From: Vicinamibacterales bacterium
GTDB lineage: Bacteria; Acidobacteriota; Vicinamibacteria; Vicinamibacterales; JAMQPK01
NCBI GenBank assembly: GCA_963811435.1
Contig: CAWERD010000004.1
Location: 46,005 to 110,004 of the forward strand
DNA: 64,000 nucleotides
Direction of reading: 5' to 3'
In this document: positions 1 to 8,930 of the stretch, one piece after another
How the letters are laid out: each line of letters opens with the position of its first letter
How positions within the stretch are numbered: the first letter of the stretch is position 1
Position numbers and translations under genes: made by a program
Notes under the pieces: generated by a model
What the model saw: the letters and a program-made list of their open reading frames with translations, nothing else
What the model was told of the DNA's origin: nothing
Databases searched by the model: none

Positions 1-135
1 CTCACCGCCCAGAGGACCGCGATCGTTTCCGCCCTTCGCCGCCGGACGATCGACAAACACCGTATGTGTTCGCGCGGTCGCCTGACCGGTCGACGGTCCC
101 ACCTGCTCGATTTCGACGCTCACGGTTCTCGGCAT
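1..135 (-). CDS. OsmC/Ohr family protein, N-terminal ~45 aa only (gene continues beyond the window edge)
   Basis: Minus-strand translation MPRTVSVEIEQVGPSTGQATARTHTVFVDRPAAKGGNDRGPLGGE matches the OsmC N-terminal pattern (D-P-x-GG-x-D-x-GP); ATG at 133-135. Confidence 0.5.
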   Translation of the reverse strand, partial: MPRTVSVEIEQVGPSTGQATARTHTVFVDRPAAKGGNDRGPLGGE

Positions 136-136
136 T

Positions 137-268
137 GACTCTTTCGACTCCCGACTCTTCGACTCTTCGACTCCCGACTCTTTGACTCTCCGACTCTTTG
201 ACTCTCCGACTCCCTCGACTCTGCCCGACTCCCCTGACTCCCAAGACTCCCAGGACTCCCAAGAGTCC
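137..268. repeat. Tandem 7-9 bp repeat (GACTCYY)n, ~17 degenerating copies
   Basis: Direct reading: gactcttc gactccc gactcttc ... aagactccc aggactccc. Lies between the OsmC start and the hydrolase stop. Confidence 0.8.
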
Positions 269-272
269 CGGT

Positions 273-1310
273 CTAAGGTTTCAACCACCTCGCGAACCAC
301 TCGACCATGGCGTTCTCGTAGTCGACGGTCTGCTCGTGTCCGACGTTCGGCAGCAGTCGCAGCACGAACTTGTCGGCAGCGCCCGCTGCTGTGTACGCCT
401 GTTCGGCCGCGGCGGCGCTTTCTTTCACGCCGGCAATCGGCGTGCGGGGATCGGAATCGCCGTTGATGACCAGCAGCGGCCGCGGCGCGATGAGCGGCAG
501 CATCGCAGGCGCATCGAACTCGCCGTAGAGGCCGGGCGCCACCTTGTCGTAGAACTGTCGAACGAACGCCGCATTGACCGGCGCTTTCGTTTCGTCCGAC
601 GTGGCTTCGAGGGCGTCGCGAATCGTCCAGGCACGCGAATCCCACGCGCCATGATCGAGTCCCCACTTGAAGCTTTGCACGCCATGCCCGGAAACCGCCA
701 CCGCGATGCGCGGGTCGATCGCCGCCGCCAGGTACGTTTCGATGCCGCCCTTCGAAAAACCCCCGAGGCCGATGCGGGTGCGATCGACGTCGGCGCGCGT
801 CTCGAGATAGTCGACCAGCCGCATCACGTCGAGAACGGTGTCGTAGAAAAACGGATGCTCGCGGCCGCTTTTGTACGCGTTGAAGATCGCCGTCGTGTAG
901 GGGGTTGCCAGGCCCGGCGGATTGCCGGCGCGCTCGCCGTGATAGCGGCCGTCAATCGCGATGGCGATGAATCCGCGGTTGGCCAGCGACATCAGGCGAG
1001 GGAGCAACTGTTCCTTGCTGCCGCCGGTGCCATGCAGCTGAATGACCACTGGCAGCCGTCCCGTCGCGCCGTGGCTCTTCATGAGGATGCCGATCACCCG
1101 CTGCGAGCTTTCGACAGCGATCGAAAAGTGCTCCTGCACCAGGCGCAACCCGTTTGCCGTCATGGGACGCACGGTGGCATCGGGCTCCACGCGAGGGCGA
1201 TCGATCAGCTTGAGAAACGCGGCGCGTTTCTGATCGGTGTTGGCGACAGGCGCCGATTGTGCGGCCAGCAAGGATGATCCCAGCAGCACGAACAGTGCGA
1301 GTCTCTGCAT
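273..1310 (-). CDS. secreted alpha/beta hydrolase (dienelactone hydrolase / S9-like fold)
   Basis: 345 aa ORF with signal peptide MQRLALFVLLGSSLLAAQS and a GFSKGG nucleophile-elbow-like motif; alpha/beta fold pattern. Confidence 0.7.
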   Translation of the reverse strand: MQRLALFVLLGSSLLAAQSAPVANTDQKRAAFLKLIDRPRVEPDATVRPMTANGLRLVQEHFSIAVESSQRVIGILMKSHGATGRLPVVIQLHGTGGSKEQLLPRLMSLANRGFIAIAIDGRYHGERAGNPPGLATPYTTAIFNAYKSGREHPFFYDTVLDVMRLVDYLETRADVDRTRIGLGGFSKGGIETYLAAAIDPRIAVAVSGHGVQSFKWGLDHGAWDSRAWTIRDALEATSDETKAPVNAAFVRQFYDKVAPGLYGEFDAPAMLPLIAPRPLLVINGDSDPRTPIAGVKESAAAAEQAYTAAGAADKFVLRLLPNVGHEQTVDYENAMVEWFARWLKP

Positions 1311-1329
1311 AACGCCTCCGAAAGGGTAT

Positions 1330-1376
1330 CTTGGGGTCTGACCCCTGTACTGTACATAGGGGTCAGACCCCTGTCA
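1330..1376. repeat. REP-like palindromic element (arms GGGGTCTGACCCC / GGGGTCAGACCCC)
   Basis: Inverted 13-mers at 1333-1345 and 1359-1371; same element at 12478-12538 and 58111-58177. Confidence 0.7.
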
Positions 1377-2954
1377 TCGGTTAAGGAAATAACGGGGGAG
1401 GTGCTCGGCGCCTCGTAGCCTGCTCGAACGCGTAGGCCAGCTCAATCAGGCGCGGCTCGCTGCAGGCTGTGCCTGTAAAGCTGATGCCCAGCGGCGCCGG
1501 ACGTGCATCGAACCCTGCCGGGAACGGCGGCGCTGGCGCGTTCGGGACCATGGCAAACGGCACGATCACAGTCGGATAGCCCGGCTTGGCCGCCACGGCC
1601 GCACCGGCCGACCCTGGAAAAATCAGCGCGTCGAGACGGTCGCGCGTCAACACGGCGTCTATCCCCTCGGCCCCCGTCACGCGCACATCCTTCTCACGAT
1701 CGGCCAGATAGCGCACGCGATCGGCATCAAGGTCGACGGCGTCCGAGTTGTCGAGCTGCGCCTGGCCATACTTGATCGCACCTTCGGCACGATGCGCAAG
1801 GTTCCACTCGCGCAGCTGGGTCAGCGTCTTCACGGGCGCGGCAGGACCGAGGGACGCCAGCCACGCATTGAAATCGCGCTTCATGCCGTACTTGAAGACG
1901 ATCGAGCAGTTGCCGTCCTTTCCCCTGATGCCCGTGTCGTCGCGGCAGACCGGCGGCGGCTGGTCCGCCAGGTCCGCGGGATCGACGATGACGGCTCCGT
2001 GCTTCCGGAGAATCGCAATGGCCTCGCGCACGACGTCACCCTGCCGGCTCTCGTCGACGAAGTTCGCGCGCGGAATGCCGATGCGTGCGCCCTCGAGCCC
2101 ACGTGCGTTCAGATAGCGCGTGTAGTCTCCGTTGGGCACGCGTGAGCACGCCCGGGTCGCCGCATCGTTCGGGTCCGGCCCAGTGCCTTCGAGCACCCCC
2201 AGCAAAGTGGCTGCATCCGACACCGTTCGCGCCATCGGGCCCGCCGTATCTTGATCCGCGGTAATCGGGATAATCCCGTACCTGCTGATGCGCCCCACCG
2301 TCGGCTTGATCCCCACGATCATCGTCTGGTTCGCTGGAGACAAAATCGAGCCCGATGTCTCGGTGCCGACATTCGCGACCCACAGGTTCGCGGCCGTGCC
2401 GGCACCCGAGCTCGACCCTGCCGGCGTCAGCGCCGGGCGGCCATCGTTCGTGCCGTCGCGGGGGTCAGGTCGAGGATCGTACGGGTTGAACCCATAGCCG
2501 GCCAGGCCGTTGTAATTGCCGGGCATGCCGGCCGCAATCCAGTTGGCGAGCTCGGTCATGTTGGTCTTCGCGATGATGATGGCGCCACTCTCGCGAAGCA
2601 TCTTCGTGACGGTCGCCTCGTAAGGCGGCACGAACCCCTTGAACGCCAGGGCGCCGCCGGTGGTCGGCATGTCCGTCGTGTGGATGTTGTCTTTGAGCGC
2701 GATCGGAATACCGTGCAGCGGCCCGCGGATCTTTCCCTGCGAGCGCTCGCGGTCGCGTGCGTCAGCTTCCTCGAGCGCACGCGGGTTGAGCGTCATGATC
2801 GCGTTCAGGCGATCCTCGTACTTCGCGATGCGATCGAGGTACTGCTGAACAATGCCGCGCGAGGTGATGCGCTTCTGCCGCATCGCCGTCTGCATGTCCG
2901 CAATAGTGGCTTCTATGACAGAGAACTCGCGCGTCTGAGCATGGGGGGCGAGGA

Positions 2955-3052
<98 letters not shown>

Positions 3053-3053
3053 C

Positions 3054-3653
3054 CTATGCGCGCCGGCCATATCGAGCCACTCCACGCGCCACCGCGTCGT
3101 GCCATTCCGGCGAGCCGTGCAGGGCGCCAATCGGACGCGGATCGGTCGGGTGCGCCGGCACCGGCTGCACGGTTGTCTGATACCACGCGACGTCGTGCCA
3201 TCCGCCCATCTTGTGACCGATGTCACGATACACGCCAACCAGCGCGAATCCAAAGGCTTCGTGCAGTCCAACGCTCGCGGGATTCGGCAGCGTGATACCG
3301 GCCGTCGCGGTGTAGTACCCGAGATGCCGCAGCAATTCGAAGAGCGTCGTGTACAGCGCCCGCCCTGCTCCCCGCCGGTGATGCAGGCGGCTGATATAGA
3401 TCGCTGTACTGACCGACCACCGATACGCCGCGCGCTCGTGATGCGGCGACGCATACGCGAATCCGACGATGGCCCCATCGTCTTCGAGCACGATCCAGGG
3501 CCGCGTGGCGCCTATAGTGGCAATCCGCTGGGCCATCTGCTGAGCGGTCGGCGGAATCTCTTCGAACGAGATGACGGTATCGCTGCAGTACGGCCCGTAG
3601 ATGGCGGCGACTGACGGAGCGTCAGCCTCGGACGCGAGTCGAATCGTGGGCAT
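3054..3653 (-). CDS. GNAT family N-acetyltransferase (phosphinothricin-acetyltransferase-like)
   Basis: 199 aa; GNAT fold pattern (…VGLHEAFGFALVGVYRDIGHKMGGWHDV…). Confidence 0.7.
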   Translation of the reverse strand: MPTIRLASEADAPSVAAIYGPYCSDTVISFEEIPPTAQQMAQRIATIGATRPWIVLEDDGAIVGFAYASPHHERAAYRWSVSTAIYISRLHHRRGAGRALYTTLFELLRHLGYYTATAGITLPNPASVGLHEAFGFALVGVYRDIGHKMGGWHDVAWYQTTVQPVPAHPTDPRPIGALHGSPEWHDAVARGVARYGRRA

Positions 3654-4260
3654 GGGCGATCCCTTCGTACATGAACGTCATCGGCCGCGGACCCGGCACA
3701 TACTCCGTGCGCAGGTCGTCGATCGCAAATCCGGCATCGCGAATCATGTCGGCCATCGGCCTGTTCAAATGGCAGCCACCCGCGAACCGGCGCCAGGCCG
3801 GCGTGAGACGATTTTGCCACTTCCGGACGTCGGCATCAGGGGCAAGGCCGTGCTCGACAAACACGAACGCACCTTCGGGCTTCAGCACGCGCCGCATCTC
3901 GCGGAGCGCTGCTGTCGGGTTCCCAATCGAGCAGAGCGACCATGTGACGACGACGGTATCGATCGATGCGGCAGGCAGAGGCACGCGCTCCGCTTCCTGG
4001 TGGAAGAACTCAACCGGAAACCTGGCCGCCGCGGTTCGGCGGCGTGCCATGGCGAGCAGCTCGGCGGACGGGTCAATGCCGTAGAGACGCGTCACGGCAT
4101 CGGAGTAAAACGGCAGGTTCAAACCGGACCCGATGCCGACCTCGAGCACAACGCCTTTGGCCTTCGGGATGTACGCCTCCCGGAGTCGGGTTGCGTCGTC
4201 GCGCTTCATCGCAAAATCGATGAGGCGAGGAAGCACGTAACGGTTGTACATATCCACCAA
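3622..4260 (-). CDS. class I SAM-dependent methyltransferase
   Basis: 212 aa; motif I VLEVGIGSGLN and the acidic motif II; Methyltransf_11-like. Confidence 0.75.
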   Translation of the reverse strand: MVDMYNRYVLPRLIDFAMKRDDATRLREAYIPKAKGVVLEVGIGSGLNLPFYSDAVTRLYGIDPSAELLAMARRRTAAARFPVEFFHQEAERVPLPAASIDTVVVTWSLCSIGNPTAALREMRRVLKPEGAFVFVEHGLAPDADVRKWQNRLTPAWRRFAGGCHLNRPMADMIRDAGFAIDDLRTEYVPGPRPMTFMYEGIAHAHDSTRVRG

Positions 4261-4304
4261 TTTTCCGTATAAAATCCAAAGTTCCGTCCCTGAATCGTCT
4301 CCGG

Positions 4305-4316
4305 TTTACCGGTAAA
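4305..4316. promoter_or_regulatory. 12-bp perfect palindrome TTTACCGGTAAA ~85 bp upstream of the TBDR-like gene
   Basis: Seen directly. Related copies at 62310-62323 (CTTTACCGGTAAAG) and 50636-50660. Confidence 0.35.
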
Positions 4317-4402
4317 GGTTTAGTTTGACTTCAAATTTCGACGGGTTAGAATTTCGTCACAAAAGCCTTTTCATAAGCAAGTCGACTACGGAGGTAGGGA
4401 GT

Positions 4403-7400
4403 ATGAAGCAGAGACTCGGTCTGGGGATCCTGCTCGGTCTGGCCATGCTCTTGATGGTCCCGGCAGTGTCTTCGGCTCAGAGCGCGATTGTCGGACTGCT
4501 CACAGACGACTCGGGTGGTGTGCTCCCCGGTGTGTCTGTCGAAGTCAGCAGCCCCGTGATGATCGAAGGCTCAAAGACGACGATTAGCGACGGGCAGGGC
4601 CGGTATCGATTCGAAGCGATGCGTCCCGGCACGTACAAACTTACGTTCTCGCTCACCGGTTTCGGGACAGTCGTTCGCGAGGGCATCAACCTCCCGTCCA
4701 ACTTCACCTCGACAGTCAACGCCGAGATGAAGGTCGGCTCGCTCGAAGAGACGATCAACGTCTCGGGCACGGCGCCCCAGGTCGACGTGACGCAGGCCAC
4801 GCGCACGACCACGCTCGCGCGCGACGTCATCGACGCGCTGCCGATTTCGCGCAACGTCATGGGGCTCGCGGTGATTGTTCCCGGCGTGCGTCCTGGCACA
4901 CCCGACATGGGCGGTATCCAGACGACCGAACAAGTAGGCTTGCGTGCGCGCGGGCTCGGCGGCCTCGACGGCGACCAGCTCGTCGAAGGCATGTCGATCC
5001 AGAGCTACGAAGGCACGTCGCTGAGCTTCCTCGACGACACCCTGCAGTCGGAAATGACGGTCAGCACGGCCGCGATTCCGGCCGAGACCGGGGGCGGCGG
5101 CATCCGTTTGAACAGCATCCTCAAGGACGGCGGCAACCAGTTCAGCGGCTCCGCGTTCATGGGCGGCACCAAGGGCACATGGGTGGCGAACAACATCGAC
5201 GATCGGTTGCGCCAGCGCGGCTTGAACGTCGCCAACGGCATCGATCACCTCGAGGCGTTCACCGGATCGCTCGGTGGTCCTATCCTGAGAGACAAGCTGT
5301 GGTGGATCCTCTCGGCCCGCCATCAGTCAACGGAGACAACGGTCGCGAACGTGCCGAAGTTCGTGACGGCGGCAGACGGCACGCAGTACAAAGCGACCAA
5401 CGACCTGTACGTGCGGAGCATATCGACGCGACTGACGTGGCAGGCGGCCGAGAAGTACAAGGTCGCCGGGTTCCTCGAGCGGTGGTGGCACAAGAAGGGC
5501 CATTCGATTGGCGCCGGCGTCGACCCGCGCGCCGGAGAACAGCGCGACCCGCGCAATGCGCACCACGCGATCGGCAACATGAAGTTGACCGCACCGGTCA
5601 GCGGCAAGTGGCTCGTCGAGGCCGGCTGGTCCTTTGCCGAGTTCTACTGGAGGGGCGGCAGCCCGTCGGGCACGCCGGCCGGGACGGCACACGACTTCCC
5701 GTTCACACCGGAGTGGTATGCGACGGCGCCCACCACCGATACGGCGCTGAACCGATCCTTCCCCGACAAGTGCATCTACGCGCTCCTTCCCGCGCCGAAC
5801 GGCTGCACAGGCTGGAACGCCACACGCGAGCAGCGGCAGGAAAGCGTCCACAACGAGGCGAAGTTCATGGCCTCGTACGTCACCGGGTCTCACAACCTCA
5901 AGTTCGGCATCGAGAACGACTGGGGTCCCGGCCGGCAGCGCAAGAACACGCGCAACGGCCATTTGCAGCAGCGCTATGTCAACAATCTGCCGACGACGGT
6001 CGAGGTCTTCAACAATCCGGTCATCCAGCCCGCCTATGTCGCGTACGACGTCGGCATCTTCGTGCAGGACAGCTGGACGCTCAAGCGCCTGACCATCAAC
6101 CCCGGGCTCCGCGTCCAGTGGGTCGAGACGGGCATGTATGAAAGCAGCATGGCGGCAGGGCGGTTCGCGCCGGCCCGCTTCATCGAAGAAGAGAAAGGGC
6201 TCATCGACTTCGGGGCTGACTACTCGCCGCGCTTCAGCGCGGTGTACGACCTCTTCGGCGACGGCCGCACCGCGTTGAAAACCAGCTGGAGCAAGTACTA
6301 TCGAAACTACGACGGCGACATCGCGGCCAACGCCTACGGCAGAGCCGGCGAGCGCAGCGAGATGCGCACATGGCTCGACCGCAACCTCGTCGCCGGCACC
6401 AACAACCCGTCCGGTGCGTGCGGGCCATTGTCCCGGCGTCCGTGTGCTTCCGACCGATTGCGACGGCGTTGCTCAGGACAACGAGATCGGAATCAGCCCG
6501 AGCAGCGGCGCGTTCGCCAACCCTGATCAGACCCGATCGCAAACCGCTGAATCTCGAGCGCCAGTACAACGACGAGTTCACGGCCGGCGTGCAGCACCAG
6601 GTATCGCCGCGCCTGGCAGTCGGCGCGATGTTCTACAAGCGCAAGATCGCCGACCTGGCGTTCCAGGATCGGTTGAACATCGCTGAGACCGACTACACCC
6701 GGTTCGAGACGCCGATGCCGGACGTCTCGAGAGATCCGGACGTCGCCGCAGTCCTGAAAGCGGGCGACATGGTTCCGGTCTACAACCTGAATCAGGCCAA
6801 GTTGGGCGTCTTCAACGTCGGCGTGGTCGATCGCAGCGATACGACCAACGACACGCTCTATACCGGTTTCGAGGCGTCATTCAATGTGAGGCTTCCGGGC
6901 GGAGCGATGGTGTTCGGCAGCTGGACCGCAGAGCACACGCTCCAGCGGTGGTGCGACAACAACGACGACCCGAACGGCCCGACGACGACCGGGCAATTCA
7001 ACCCGACGGCCGCGACCACGGGCGTGGACGCCCCGTTGGGAGGCCGCTACTGCGATCAGACGCAGTTCGACTATCCGTTCATCCAGGAAGTCAAATTCGC
7101 GGGAAACTATTCACTCCCGTACTCGATCGACATCGGTGCGGTCCTGCAGAGCTACGGCGGGCGAGGAACGCGTGATCACCTGGGCGCCCGAACAGGCACG
7201 GTTCCCGAACAACCAGCGCACGCAGGCGCAGACGTTCATCCTGACCCCGCCAGGATCGGTCTTCTACGACCGCTGGAACCAGCTCGACCTGAACGTGAAG
7301 AAGAACATCCGGAACGGCAACAAGGTGCTGACCCTGCAGATCGACATCTTCAACGTGTTGAACGGCAACGCCATTCGCGCCGCCAACAACTCCGTTGGCA

Positions 7401-7471
7401 CGAGCCTCGGCAATGCCACGACGATCATGACGGGGCGCTTCCCGCGGCTGGCGGTGAACTACAAGTTCTGA
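4403..7471 (+). pseudogene. CarboxypepD_reg-type TonB-dependent receptor-like outer membrane protein, interrupted by two frame changes
   Basis: RBS GGAGG then ATG 4403 (MKQRLGLGILLGLAML); N-terminal CarboxypepD_reg; barrel continues in frames 6370.. and 7136..; ends with the canonical ...RFPRLAVNYKF; frame changes near 6420-6520 and ~7150. Confidence 0.7.
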
Positions 7472-7501
7472 CCACGAAGACAGGAAGGCACGAAGAACTC
7501 A

Positions 7502-7535
7502 GGGGCAGGTGGCGAAACCCACCTGCCCTTTTTTT
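7502..7535 (+). terminator. rho-independent terminator after the TBDR-like gene
   Basis: GGGGCAGGTGG cgaaac CCACCTGCCC followed by TTTTTTT. Confidence 0.7.
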
Positions 7536-7574
7536 GTGTGATTGAATCAACGCCGGGGCGCCGAGACGCCGGGA

Positions 7575-7700
7575 TCAGAATTTGAGGACGACCCGCTTAA
7601 CCCCCTTCATCAGATATTCCACATTGAAGTTGATCAACAGGCCGACCCGCTTCTCCGTAACCTGCAGGTAGGTCCTCACGTGTGCAAGATGCAAAGAGAG
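7575..7700 (-). pseudogene. remnant (C-terminal ~40 aa) of a GxxExxY family gene
   Basis: ...RVGLLINFNVEYLMKGVKRVVLKF matches the C-terminus of the intact GxxExxY protein at 44483-44911 (PVGLLLNFNVTSLRSGLRRL); the N-terminal part is absent. Confidence 0.5.
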
Positions 7701-7841
7701 TAATACCGTCGAGTGTCTGCCGATCCATCGCGTCGTCTGTCCATTGCTCCATTGCAACAGATCGGCCATTGCCGACAGCCGAAAATTGGCTTTCCCCCGG
7801 CGTCCCGGCGCCCCGGCGTTGAAAAAACTGCGATCGTGCGA

Positions 7842-8828
7842 TTAGAAAACTGCGATCGGGTTGACCGGCGACCCGGATCCTCCCTCCACGGGGAGCGGCG
7901 CGAAGGTCATCATGAACTCGTAGCGCTTCAGCTTGCGCGCGGTTTGTGCGAGGTTTTCGAGATCGAGGTTCTCGACGATGCCCGCGCCCAGCCAGCCGAG
8001 CAGCGCGTGGTGAATGGGGTTGCCGGGAATCCCCTGCTCTGCGCCCCAGCCCGGGCGCGGATTCCAGTCGATGTTCATGTCGTGCGCGGCGAACGAGATG
8101 TCGCGCGCTTTGAAGAACGGGATCGTATCGGCGTAATAGCCGGCGACCTGACCCGACCAGGGGCCTTTGGCGGCGCGGCGCTTCCAGCGGCCGACGTAGA
8201 GCACAATCACGTCGCCGGGCCCGACGCGTACGCCCGACCGTTTTTCCCAGGCTTCGAGATCGGCGCGCGTGATCGGTGTGCCCGGCTCGATCCATTCGAC
8301 GCCTTTCAACTGCGGCATGTCGTACAAGACGCCGCGCGTGACGATGCCATCGCGGCGGCTCATGATGCTGCCCTGCTTGCAGCCGGTTTCAGGTGAGATG
8401 TTCTCCTTCACCGAATAGCCGTTGTACATCTGCCCGTCCATGAAGAAGTGGCAGAACGCATCGGTATGGCCGAGCGACAGGCCGTGATAGCTCACCTGAT
8501 ATGTGTCGGTGGTCGTGTTCGGTCCGATGCTGTTGGTCGTACGTTTGAACACCTGATTCGGACCGACATCTGCCGCTTCCGCCTGCGGCACAGCACCCGC
8601 CATCGACACGACGACGCCACTCCGCACGAGCCGCGCCGCTTCCAGCACCTTTTTCTCGGTGATGAGATTGGCCGTCCCCTTCTGATCGTTCGGCCCCCAC
8701 CGTCCCCAGTTGCGCAGCTCAGTTCGCCAGCGCTTGTAGTCGTCTGGTGTAACTGTGGAACTGGATTGGCCGTGAATGATTGCCGCAAATACCACGACAA
8801 CACCGGCGATGAGAGCCTTCGTGCGCAT
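7842..8828 (-). CDS. cyclase family protein (kynurenine-formamidase-like, PF04199-type), secreted
   Basis: Signal peptide MRTKALIAGVVVVFAAIIHG; HTDAxxH-like motif SLGHTDAFCHF; paralog at 26586-27557. Confidence 0.75.
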   Translation of the reverse strand: MRTKALIAGVVVVFAAIIHGQSSSTVTPDDYKRWRTELRNWGRWGPNDQKGTANLITEKKVLEAARLVRSGVVVSMAGAVPQAEAADVGPNQVFKRTTNSIGPNTTTDTYQVSYHGLSLGHTDAFCHFFMDGQMYNGYSVKENISPETGCKQGSIMSRRDGIVTRGVLYDMPQLKGVEWIEPGTPITRADLEAWEKRSGVRVGPGDVIVLYVGRWKRRAAKGPWSGQVAGYYADTIPFFKARDISFAAHDMNIDWNPRPGWGAEQGIPGNPIHHALLGWLGAGIVENLDLENLAQTARKLKRYEFMMTFAPLPVEGGSGSPVNPIAVF

Positions 8829-8838
8829 AGTCGCCTCC

Positions 8839-8872
8839 AAAAAAATAAGGCGGGTCTAAAAGACCCGCCTTA
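8839..8872 (-). terminator. rho-independent terminator downstream of the PQQ dehydrogenase gene
   Basis: Minus-strand reading TAAGGCGGGTC tttta GACCCGCCTTA then TTTTTTT. Confidence 0.65.
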
Positions 8873-8930
8873 CGTACCGCCATCTGCTATCTGCCATCTG
8901 CCCTGACAGCGAGCGTTGCCCTCTGCTTAC

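Noticed and set aside
198-1277. 359-aa plus-strand ORF antisense to the alpha/beta hydrolase, and many similar long antisense ORFs (2251-2961, 9309-11123, 12885-13961, 36581-37882, 38427-39473, 55122-55841, 61322-61897 and others)
   Set aside because: Arg/Ala/Gly/Pro-rich low-complexity translations are typical of out-of-frame or antisense reading in ~65% GC DNA. Each fully overlaps a well-supported gene on the other strand.
7597-8295. 232-aa minus-strand ORF overlapping the cyclase gene in another frame
   Set aside because: Its translation is low-complexity Arg-rich. The cyclase frame carries the conserved family motifs.
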